Origin: Haliotis rubra
Lineage: Eukaryota
Direction: 5' to 3'
Length of the DNA: 64,000 nucleotides
NCBI RefSeq assembly: GCF_003918875.1
Contig: NW_025767331.1
Span: forward strand, 124,001 to 188,000
A program made the position numbers and the translations under genes. Below are positions 13,100 to 25,600 of this stretch, piece after piece (within the stretch, counting starts at the first letter, position 1; every line of letters begins with the position of its first letter). The notes beneath the pieces were generated by a model. It saw nothing but the letters and a program-made list of their open reading frames with translations, had not been told where the DNA came from and made no database searches.

Positions 13100-16010
13100 C
13101 TGTTAAAGGATGAGATCGTGGTGGATGTGAAAGATGCAACACTAAGGACAAAGAGTGTGCGGACACATGTCGTGCTGGTCAGCTTGTCAAACCAAGGCAA
13201 TGAACACCACATAACCTGAAGACATTCACTTCGTCAGAAAGCTACGCCAGCATCGAGAAAAAGTCAAGGTCAAATAAGAAGAATGTGAAATGTTGTGATT
13301 ATTGTGGACAGAACTGTAGGCCATACACGTGGCCAGCATCTGGAAACATCTGCGGCAATTGCAACAGAAGAAACCACTATACATCAATGTGTAAGGCAAA
13401 GAAGCAACTATTACATGCAATGGTAGAAGAGGATTGTCCGGAAGAAAAATCATGCAACGATGGCTATGATGAACACAGTTATGATTGTGATGATGAGTAT
13501 GTCCTAACAGTTGGCACAGGGTGTATCAAAAGAAGTTACATGCTAATATGACCAGGGTGGGGTGGGGTGGGATATTATGAACTTTCAACTTGATTGTGGA
13601 GCCACACCCAATGTCCACCAGTCAGAACATACAAGTTTCTGGAGATAGTCATCTTCAAAACCTGCAGTATACTACAGCGTCATTAGTCATGTACAACAAG
13701 GCTGAACTCAAACCACGGTGACCACAAATATTGCAGGTAGACAAAGTATACAAAGTACAATCCGTTGTAATAGATGAAGACTATGAGCCAATCCCGGGTT
13801 TAAGTAAGAGCTGTTCAGTTTATGAACTTGATTACTGTGAACAATCACAACATTGCTAAAATTGACCTGCAGGACGACACGGACGTGCTAGCAGAATATG
13901 AAGATGTCTTTCAGGGAGAGGGACACCTGGTGGAACCACTTCACCTATACGTCGACAAGGATGTTACCCCAGTGAAGTGACATGTCAACGGTTCCCAACT
14001 GCGCAGATCGATGCTAATGCTGTTGATCACTTCATTGTCTGGTCTAATTATTTACAGACTGCCGCCATATAGCTGGAATATTGCTGAGTGCGGCGTAAAA
14101 CTAAACTCGCTCTCTCACTCACTCACTTACGATGACAGAGAAAGGCTAAGCAGAAATAGAAAAAGAGATGCTGGCGATAGCATTCGGACTTCGAGATATA
14201 TGTCTATGGAAGACATATCACAGTTGAGATTGACCACCTGGCATTGACAACAGTACACAAGAAAAGTCTGATGTCAGCACCAAAGCGACTCCAAAGAATG
14301 CTGTTGCGAATCCAGAAATATGAGCATGATCTGGTGTACAAGAAAGGGAATGAGAAGAGCGTATGTCTCAAACATGGACAAGGAAAGTGAAAGGGAAGAA
14401 ATATTTCAAACGGAAGTAGAACGAGATGTTCAGAGCATCAACATGGCAGATCATGTTGCAGTGTCTGATAGCTGTCTGTGGGAACTACAGTTGGCATCTC
14501 AGGGAGATGATGACATGTGTGAGTTGATGGAATTAATCCAGAAGGGATGGTCAGATGTTCAAAAACCATTGCAACCGAACTTGAAAACATATCACACTTT
14601 CCGTGAGGAACTGTCCCTGTAGAATGGGCTTATTTACAAGACAGAAAGGTTGGTAATACCCACCTCAGCCAGATACATGATCATGGAGAGGTTACAAGAC
14701 AGAAAGGTTGGTAATACATTGTTGCATGCGAAATGTTTTAATGCCACCTCAGCCAGATACATGATCATCCGGAGAGGTTACACACAAGTCACACAGAAAT
14801 ACAGGGATGCTTAAGACAGAAACAGTCTGGACAAACAACCAAAAAGGACCTATGATCAGTCACTGTAGAGCTTCCCAGCAGCTGCCATGATTACTTTTTA
14901 TTGTTGCAGTGCTGAAATGTTTTAATGCAAGTAAGGTGAGGAATGGATTTTAACCCCATTAAATTCAGATAGCTGACTTCTGTATAGGAGCCTGACAATA
15001 GAATGTATATAATTAGGTATTCTTCTGTGGACCCAGACTTGAAAAAGGACATCTGTGGAAGTAATCAAAAAAGATCAAAGCTCATTGCGCAAGGCATGAA
15101 CTGCCAGACAAAATTATCACAGACAATGGTCCACCATTTAATTCACAACACTTCTATGACTTCACAGAACACTATGACATGGAACATGTGACAAAGTCCC
15201 CCAAATATGCTCAGTCTCCTGGTAAGGCAGGGAGTACTGTGAAAATAGCAAAAACCTTGCTCTTGAAGTCGAAGGAAGCCAAAGGGGACCCGTATTTGGC
15301 ACTGCTGGAATTGAGAAACATTCCATCAGAGACTATAAAATCCTCACCTGTTCAAAGACTGTTCGGCAGGCGGACAAGGACCCTGATTCCGGTATCAAGA
15401 AAACTCCTGAAGTCAGAAATTCCAAACAACGTTAGAGAGAGGTGGGCTGGAAAGAAATCAATGCAGATGTCCTACTACGACTGGTAATCAAGAGAACTCC
15501 CTTCCCTAAAAAAGGTAGGGGTAGTACGATTCCAGCCACCAGGCCAGTGGAGGTGGATAAAAACTAAGGTTGAAGATCAGGTTGATATGCGATCATACCA
15601 GATTCGCACAGAAGATGACAGACAATTTTGACGCAATCGTAGATACCTTCGAGCATGCCCGGGACAATTCGACGACACTACTTCCTTGAGATGTTCCCAA
15701 CCCCAGTACACACCTAGACAACATTAAGCTGACGTGTCGTCGACACATCCACAAAGGAAAGAGATCAGTCCAAGAAAACTACACATCAATGAAACTGCAC
15801 CTCCTGAAACACCTAAGAAAACACAGATATCCATACCAGTGGTGGGAAAGTCTCCCGGAACTCGATTAGTGGATAATGCCACACCCCAAAGAGACAATAA
15901 CCAGACACAACCAATTCCAGCGACGCCTGAAAGGCAGACCTCAAGAGGGCGATTGGTGAAGAGACCAGCATGTCGGAAAGACTTTGTTCCGGGAATCTAA
16001 ATTACTCTTT
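13100..16010 (+). mobile_element. Old Ty3/Gypsy remnant (gag knuckles, protease, RNase H, integrase fragments)
   Basis: CDYCG...CGNCNRRNH, FQLDCGAT, APKRLQRMLLRIQKY, HVTKSPKYAQSPGKA...DPYLALLELRNIP...SPVQRLFGRRTRTLIP; heavily deleted and frameshifted. Confidence 0.85.
13979..14128 (+). mobile_element. SINE family C, 3' fragment
   Basis: Matches the 3' half of 56279-56520. Confidence 0.8.
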
Positions 16011-16149
16011 GATCAAAAGGACAGTTACGGTTACTAGGTACAGTTATAGCAGTTGTATATACTCCAAACAGTAGTCCTAAGGATAGGACTCGTATGTCTT
16101 GCAATTACTTGCAAAAGTGACTTCAGTACTATTCCTATGTATAGGATAC

Positions 16150-16680
16150 TGGGGGCGCGGTGGGCAAACTGGCTAAAGCGCCAGGCTAGTGATCCAGCGA
16201 GCTTGAGGTGACGGGATCGAGCCCACCTGTGTAAATACCTTGGAGTCAACTTCGTGTGCAGACTCTTTCAGTGTTGTCACAACCCCTAGTGTACAGTACA
16301 CAACCCTGTGCACTTAAAAGAACCCACGAATCCGTTGGTATATGACCAGATGGTGGCCACATGAATACGTGCAAACACCCAGTTGCGGGTACAGCAACGT
16401 GCAGTAAACTTGGACAAAGTACTGTGACTATGTGCCCCAGTCCACCCAGCTGTGAATGGGTACCTCGTAAGGATGGGAATGCCACAATAACTCGGTGCGC
16501 CTAGTTGGTTGCAAGAGTTGTATGCTCCCCAGGGAGTTGAGATTGACAATACGATGTGCCGTTGAGATTGACATCCAGTGAACGAGGGAAAAACAAAGCG
16601 CCTTTGAGCAGCTGAGCTGAGCTGGATATCGGCGCTATACAAATGTTAGTATGTATGTATGTATGTATGTATGTTTGTAT
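16150..16680 (+). mobile_element. SINE family D: tRNA head, composite body, (tatg)n tail
   Basis: A/B-box-like head, a CORE-like segment cagtccacccagctgtgaatgggtacc, and an L2-like 3' end aaagcgcctttgag...gcgctatacaaat followed by a microsatellite. Confidence 0.75.
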
Positions 16681-16972
16681 AAATTACAGATTTTCGTTTG
16701 GTAAAGAAAGGAAGATGTTACGATGGGCTACAATGAATGGTCCCGATAGGCTACAGTGTATGATCCCGTGTATCTCAGCACGATTTGGGAATCTTGTACT
16801 GGCGGCCTTCACGAATAAACGTTTATCTCCGACGCTTGTCTTTCCTTGAAGATGCCAGAATTCTGACAGAATGCATTATGAAAGTCTCCACGACTTTAAG
16901 ATTCTGAATATGCACGTTCATGTACATGCAGGGCGTACAATCTGGATGTTTGTTTGCTTGCTTGCAGCATGA

Positions 16973-17107
16973 TACTATGGAATCCTAGAAGGGACATTGT
17001 CGCGTTGTCATCCTCACAAAAAAAAAGCCAAAAAAAAAAGCAAAAAGTGGCAAAATACACTAAAGTGCAACGACGCGACAATGTCCCTTCTGGGATTATA
17101 TATGATA
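16973..17107. repeat. Inverted repeat / MITE-like hairpin
   Basis: aatcctagaagggacattgtcgcgttgt pairs with acgacgcgacaatgtcccttctgggatt across an A-rich spacer. Confidence 0.75.
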
Positions 17108-18665
17108 CTCTCCCAGGTGAGTTTGTTAATGTGAGCAGCGCGCGGTGACTGTTTACCAATATTTAACCGTCCAATCAGTGTCGCGGCTAGCTGACACACA
17201 CACGCACCTTGATCCGTATGTGGCATAACGAAGTCATGGGTATCAAGATGAATTCAACCGCCATGTCACACCTGAAAAGGCTTTCAAATCGCTGGAAACA
17301 AGCGTTGTCATCCTATGCGTTCCTTGATGTTAGGATTGTATGAACGCTTCTCACAATGTCACAGTCTACACTGTTGTGGCCGCCCAAGTGGGTAGCTGTT
17401 AACTTTATTCATGCTAACAAATGATACGTGTTGACCTGATGTTTGTGTAAAACATTATACGTTTGTTTGCTGGGATATTTTCAGTAGATAACTGAAGTAT
17501 TCAAGTCATGCATACGTTATGTTGGAGGAGTGCGTGGTTTGGTGTTGAAAATACCTCACAGTTTGGACACGGCGTTCGGGAGGAGAAATTCCATCCTTGC
17601 GCTACATCCAGAATTACGATAATAATCGGAATGAATCTGGGATTGGGACCCATAACCACTGGGCCACCGGTGTACTAAAGGGGTTATCAACATAGGAAGG
17701 ACCTGTATCAACAGATGTTAGTCTTGTGAAGGTCTGTTTCTATTAAGCTCAAGGTGTTCCTTTACAACTGCTGTCTGAATAAGGCCCAATGCGCTAAACA
17801 AACCCAAAATCACAATCAGAACCAACTCGAGGATTCGAACTCGTGATGTCACCCCTAATCAATGAAACTTTATCGAAAATCTATTCGTCTTAGACCCCAT
17901 GGTCACACATATTGCCCATGAAACGATGGAAGAAAACGAAAGATATTATAATATTATCAGTTATCTTCCTTGCCAAACATAGATATGAATTGTTTGATCG
18001 GCATTCTACAAGTTGGTGCGTCAATAATGAAGCATACAACACGGTGGATAAAGCTTACCTTGATAACGTTGTAAATACCTGCACCGAAACATCTCTCTAT
18101 CCAACTTCTTGTCCATAAAGTTGTGCGCCTCATTACAAATATAGATATGTTAATGTTCTATGTTCAATGAATTGTGTGGTTCAGCCACGTGTAGTTACAT
18201 ACTGCCTTACTAAAGATGAACAAACAAACAACAACACAATTCTGGGCAATGTCATCGCATATTTCCATACACACATGTATTTGTTGCTGTTGGTTGTAAT
18301 ATTCTAGCGGGAAAAGAAACAGATCAATAAAAATATATGTATTCTAAAATTAAACATTCACTATTTCCACGTGATTCAAAACGTTATATGCTCGACAGGT
18401 CACGATTCTCAACTTGCACGTGGGCGTTAATGCACGCCATATAGTTCTGACATCAGCGTATTTGTGGCACTCACGTGGATTTTGAATGTGAGCAGTACAC
18501 AATGATTGTTTAAATGTCAATTAATCTTATGAACACTTTCGCTGTCAAAATGTTGACCATTGATGACAATCAGCGAGTACACCGCCTGATGGCGCAAAAA
18601 TGAATCGGTCAGACATGTAATGCTGAAACACAGAATGAGCAAATCGTTATTTTCAACATCATGAC

Positions 18666-18834
18666 GGGGCGGTGGGGTAGCCTAGTGGTTAATGCGTTCG
18701 TTCGTCTGGCCGATGACCCGGGTTCGATTCACCACATGGGTAAAATGTGTGAAGCACATTTCTGGTGTCCCCCGCCGTGATATTGCTGGAATATTGTTAA
18801 AAGCAGCGTAAAACTAAACTCACTCACTTACTCA
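18666..18834 (+). mobile_element. SINE family B
   Basis: Full-length copy. Confidence 0.9.
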
Positions 18835-19630
18835 GTAACGTAATACATATTCCACTTTATATGAACCCAGATTTTCCTTACAAAGATTTAATATGTCTCT
18901 CCTTGCTGACTCATATGAAGCAAACATGATGAATATATACCCAGTCCGGAAATTGATAGAAGTTTCAGCTTTCTACGTCCTTGTCAATACAGGGCCGTGG
19001 AGGTCACACCCGATACAAAATCACGAGAATGTGGTGCGAACATTTTCGAAAATAGTTCCGGGAGTTTCAAGGTCTCAATAAGGAATGATAAAATTGTAAT
19101 CGATATTAAAGAATCCATATTCCATAGAGTAAAAACATTTCCGGAGGATATTCTGCAAAATACCAGTTGCCAAGGACGCTTTTCGGAACATTGATATCAC
19201 CAATGATATACATGTCCACTCAAAAGCAGCTATCTACTTTAAAAGGTATTCTGAGTTTTGAGAGTCCGAACTTGCAGGCGACTCAAAATGCCAGTCAGTA
19301 CCATGGAAACACGACGTCTGGTTAGTGTTGAACGAGTATTTCATATCGTGTAACAATACTTACGGCAGAAATGACGTCATCCTCATTAAGGTAATACTCC
19401 TTAGTTTGGGAAGAGGTCGAAAGTCGTTCGAAGTTTGTTTTTGTTAGCTACGGAAATTAGCGAGAGCTGACGATTGGCTTATGAGGAAATATATACATGG
19501 TTACGGAAAGGAGCGAACAGTAACGAAGTGCTATAACCTTTCATAAGCAGATCATTCCGGATTCAACTTCCCTGTCAGATCAGTTCGCCAAACTGTCCGG
19601 AGCGCCGCTCACACATCACAGTATTCTAAC

Positions 19631-22600
19631 ATGGCGACCAGACACGGACAAAACGTTGCCAACGGAGTAATATCTGTTACTGTCTTGGTTCTTGGTGAGT
19701 ATGAACATCCAGTAAAACATATACATAGGCATTCTTTATTGGAAAAAAACTTCCTCGTCAGCACATGCTAGTGGTCTCCCAACCCAGAGTCCCCACGAAG
19801 CCGGACAGTGGTCTCCCAACCCAGAGTCCCCACGAAGCCGGACAGTGGTCTCCCAACCCAGAGTCCCCACGAAGCCGGACAGTGGCCAGAGTCCCCACGA
19901 ACAGTGGTTGGGACCCAGAGTACGAAAAGAATTGTTAATGAAGTCTTCAAGTATACTTTAACGTACTGTATTTACTTGTTTTAAGGTAGAAGTGCACTTA
20001 TGCCACAGGTTTCAATGATTTAAAACGTATGGTATGAAGAGAACAGTTATCAATGAATAGTTTATAACTCTCCACACTGCTCTGTGTTGTAAAGTGACCC
20101 TGCCTCTCTGTGATATCGTCAATCGTCTCTGCCAGCATAGGTTATTGTGACTCGAAGTAAGTAATCCATTTTAACAAAGTAGCGAGAACATTAACTTCCT
20201 TGTTGAATAGTTAATTTCCGTGTTAAAACAGGATGTTGATCGTTCGTTTTGGTTTTCATCCATAATATATTCATCATAAAACAACAACAACAACTACAAT
20301 AATAATGAAATAATCATAGTAATAAGAGTTCTTGGTCGGTTTGACAAAGCAGCGCTTTCTGGAAGACGCCCCATTTGCTGTCTGTCCTGCTGTAGGTTGG
20401 GGGAGGGGTGGGTGAAGGGTCCCTGAACTGATGATGAGTGAGTGAGTGAGTGAGTTTGGTTTTACACCGCTTGTAGCAATATTCCAGCAATATCACGGCG
20501 GGGGTCACCAGAAATGGGCTTCACACATTGTACCCATGTGGGGAATCGAACCCAGGTCTTGGGCGTGACGAGCGAACGCTTTTACCACTAGGCTACCCCA
20601 CCGCCCGTGAGCTGATGATGAGCCTTACAAGCCTGGGCCAGGACAATCCAACTCCTCACTGCTGCATAATATTTCTTAGTCTGAAAACATAATGAAATTC
20701 TACTTTCATCAGAAATTTCTTATGATATTGGATATGTTCTTGTCGCTATTTTTATGGTTTGAATATTATCGTATTACATAATCTTCCATTATCGACAAAT
20801 TGATTACTGTTCAAAAAAGGCCAAACGTGCCATATGTTCCCTGGATTTGTCTGTTGCTTATTGCCATGTTCTACATTTATCCAACGTTAACCCTGTCTGT
20901 AAAGAATCGATTCTGGATCAGACCATCACGTGATTGACATGATGAAGAGCGATCAACCCATCAACCATCGATCCTGACCACATAGTCCTCGCTGTAGCCG
21001 TCATACAGATAATATGTTTTGACCAGAATTATGATAGGAATAGAAAAAAAGGTGAAAACACACGTGTAATACTCTCTCTATCTTTACAAAGTAGAATTCC
21101 CCAGATAATCGGTATCTAAGATCTCGTTTCATTCAGTAAAGAAGCTTCAGTGACCGCGATAATGACCAGTGCTGTGAAACACCTATGCTCGTACATTAGC
21201 GTGCTATTGCAATCCAGGTAGACTGCCTGACTGACTGAGTTTAGTTTTACGCCGCTTTTAGCAATATTCCAGCAACATCACGACGGGGGACACCACAAAT
21301 GGGCTTCACACATTGTGCCCATGTGGGGATTCGAACCCGGGTCTTCGGCGTGACGAGCCAACGCTTTAACCATTAGGCTACCCCACCGCCCCCAATTCAG
21401 GTAGAGAAACTATTAGATAGTAGATGACTGAACGAGAGGAAGTCGACGATTGTACATGTAGATATTAAATGGTGTATCTTGTGCACTTTTACATATTTAT
21501 CAGATGAGCCGTTAAAAACATTGCCAATGTCCGTCTAGATTAAGATAACTTGTGTTATTTTCTGAAATTCATGAATTGAAAAGAATGGGAAGTAGAAGAA
21601 ATGACTGCTAGCTCATTGCGTTTGTCCATGATTAAGGTGGCAAATATTTATTCATATCTGGGGCTCCTTTCACGAAGCAACCTTTACCAAGGTTAACGTT
21701 AACTCCCATTCTTTAACATTGCACTAAGGTCACCTTAGTGACTTACGATCACCTTAGTGCTGTGTGAAAGGAGACCCTGTTCTAGAAACCTATTTGAAGG
21801 GCAAGTTATGCAAGACCAGTTTAATGAAGACATTGTATAATCAATGAGTTAATCATCGCTGTGGTGGGTATGGATTAATGAAATGTTTAACTTATTATGG
21901 TACATTGTCACATCAACGGACCAGGTGCCTGACCAGATCTATGACCTGGGTGATTTTATCCGTGTATCCCAATGGTCAGTTGTTGGCCTTGCGAAGGCTC
22001 ATGTATATGTTGGATAATGGATGATACATGATGCAACCTCATACCCATATCAGGTAATAGGAATGTCGTTTTAACTTCAAATTGGCCATTAAACAACACT
22101 CACTGACGCATATATCCTTCGTACACTAACGAATGAAAGGGTGAGTTTAGATTAGTTTTACGCCGCTTTTAGCAATATTCAGCAATATCTCGGCTGGAGG
22201 ACACCAGAAATGTGCTTCACACAATGGACCCATGTACACTAACACGTGAGCTGACTTTGAGCTATAAATACTACTAGTATACATGTGACAGGACACTTTC
22301 ATGACATCATGACCAACAATTGCGGAAGTATATTACATACATTTAAGTGTCATGTTGTAAGGGGATACGGAAATCATATCTGTGACCGAGATGGATGTCT
22401 GTTTGATGATATGACGAAACATCCCGAGTGCTCTTGTTTTAATTGTTTTAATTTCTGGATAAATGACGGCTGCTTGTAAATAATTGCATCAGAAACCAGA
22501 GACAAACTCTGGTCTGGCCTAGAGACGTCCATGAGATGTGATTAACTGTATCTTGGGTATACGTTTAGATACAAGACGTGTGTAAAATCTAACTTATTCC

Positions 22601-25600
22601 GGAAGAATTCTTTGACTGAAGCACCTGAAGCCATACGAGCAATCTGATGTCTTTTTCGTGCATAACGAGTCTTCTTACAGATAACCCCCACATGGGTACA
22701 GATATGTGAAGCCCATTTCTGGTGTCCCCCGTCGTGATATTGCTGGAATATTGCTAAAAGCGGCGTAAAACTAAACTCGCTCACTCACTCGTACAGATAA
22801 GGGAAAGGGACATCTCAAGAATTGTGATGTTCTGCTACATGCAAATGAAAACAATTGCATCTTAAGAGATTGGAAGAATAAACATAACTTTTGTTCAGTA
22901 TGCCTGATTGACAACGAGCCTGTTTGTCATTGGTCTGTTCATTCTGACAGTTGTCTATTTAGAACAGTGAGAGAAATTCGGCTATTTAAATAAAACTGTC
23001 TAGATTTCTAGGATATTTGATGTCTGTATTTCCGGTAGTATTGTCGGTGATATCCATTATCAAGCATCATTTGTTGTACCCATGTATTGTCCCCAGGTGT
23101 TATCGTCAGCATTGTGTTGAGTGCATTTCTTCGAAAGTTCACGAGAAACGACTTCAGCAACACCGCTTACACCATCAACCATCATCGCAGGGTATTTGGG
23201 TTTGCGACATCGTCGATATGGACCCTTGGCCTGTTTGTAAGTGATTAATAATTTCATTTCGTTTGCTGACATGTAGTTATAAAACTGGGTTCTGGGCCCA
23301 CGTGTTTGTTGTATTAGGCTTAAGACTGGAATGTTGTATTAGGGGATTTCAGGTTCAGACAAACACTCTAGGTGCCCTAAATCAGTATCTGTGTCGACGT
23401 CATACAGTTCTGGGTTGCCATCCACAAAGCGTTCGTGGCCCCACGACATTCCTAAGCCTACGATAAAATATACAGTTACGATATGTCGTAACGCTACGAA
23501 CGTTTTGTGCATCTGTACCCTGGATAAACTGAAATTAGCAGAACGTATATCTATTCGAATTCCAGTTAACTGCCAGTGCTCACAGAAGGTTGTCACGTCA
23601 CCATATACACACCATTCAAGTCAAGTCAAGTTTATTCCGTATTTTAGGCCATATGGCCCATAGTACAATTGTATTGTAAGGTATACAGTCGTTGTCCACA
23701 TGACCAAAATTATATTAAGAAGATCTTAAGCTAAACATTTTTAGCAAATATATCGATGTTACACGTTACACGTAGTTTATTTACATCAGGTGTGTTGAAT
23801 ATATAGATGTTAAACGTAGTATATTTACATCAGGTGTGTTGAATATATAGATGTTACACGTAGTTTATTTACATCAGGTGTGTTGAATATATAGATGTTA
23901 AACGTAGTATATTTACATCAGGTGTGTTGAATATATAGATGTTAAACGTAGTATATTTACATCAGGTGTGTTGAATATATAGATGTTAAACGTAGTATAT
24001 TTACATCAGGTGTGTTGAATATATAGATGTTACAGGTAGTATATTTACATCAGGTGTGTTGAATATATAGATGTTAAACGTAGTATATTTACATCAGGTG
24101 TGTTGTTGAATATATAGATGTTAAACGTAGTATATTTACATCAGGTGTGTTGAATATATAGATGTTACACGTAGTATATTTACATCAGGTGTGTTGAATA
24201 TATAGATGTTAAACGTAGTATATTTACATCAGGTGTGTTGAATATATAGATGTTACACGTAGTATATTTACATCAGGTGTGCGGAATATATAGATGTTAC
24301 ACGTAGTATATTTACATCAGGTGTGTTGAATATTTGTTGTTATGTTAATGTAGTTTCACAATATTTTTTGATGGACAAGAACTATTCGTTACGGACAAGA
24401 AAATATATATTACAAATATAGAAAACATGGTATTCATTTTCCACAACATTCATATCCCAGTGTAAACAAATAGATTCTATATCAGAATTATCATTGACTT
24501 TGCTTTTACGTTGTTGATGAACTCTAAAATCATGGAGAGATATACGAAATTTACACATCGATCTTACTAAGTTTCGATTATCAAGTTATGGACATGTGTT
24601 TCGCATTGGAATAAGTTCTTTATGCTAGAATATTGTGACAAATATGATGATGATGGTGAATATTTTTATATACACACCATTACGGAACAGAGGTCACACC
24701 GAGTGGCCAGTAACAAGGGTCATGTCCCATTAGTCATACGCCCACTAGTCATACAGCAAATGAGGGATTAGTTAAAACAACAACAGCCATATACCCTTTG
24801 CGCAAAATGGACTAGCCCGCTAATTAGAGAGCTTGAGGTTAGTTTAATCTCTAACACTGAGAATGTCACAGTCTTTGATAATGAAAACATATAAACGAAT
24901 GCTATTAAAGTAAATGACATTGAAGTTATATGAACATAATACACCACAACCGTTGATAATCAAAACATTCAATCAATGTTAAACTTTACTGAGTTTGAGT
25001 TTACTCAATCTCGTAAACAAGCATAAACTAGTGCATAAAAGTTCAATGTTATAGACTCGAGCATATCACTCCCCGATTGCAGACCAGAATAACTCAGTTC
25101 AATTTCTGGATGTTGTTGGCTACCTCTACCCAACTGACCATTAATTGCGAAACTGTCAATTTAAGTTATTGAAGTTATTTAAATATAAAATAATGTGTTA
25201 ATGATGCTGTTTAAATGTACAGGTTATGTCAGTCTACTATGCTTAAGATCAGATTATGTATGTATACCATGATGAAGACAGATTATTAAAGTTCACTGAT
25301 GTGACGCTGTATTTTTCTTTCTTGGATCATTCCACTATATATTTCCAAAGGTATTACAAAGGTAGTTGTTTGTGCAGTCAACCATACCATTTGTTGTTTT
25401 AACCCATATGACTAGTGGGACGTATGCCTAATGGGATGACACCGTAACTAGTAACAGTCAAATAGCCATTCACAATAACTAAATCATTACGTCCCACATC
25501 ATAACACTGTCGCCATACCGAACAAATTGTCTTGACATACCGCTCGCCACAACGTCGAGTACAGCGTTCTCTGACATCTGCGAATCGGAGGCAAAACCTT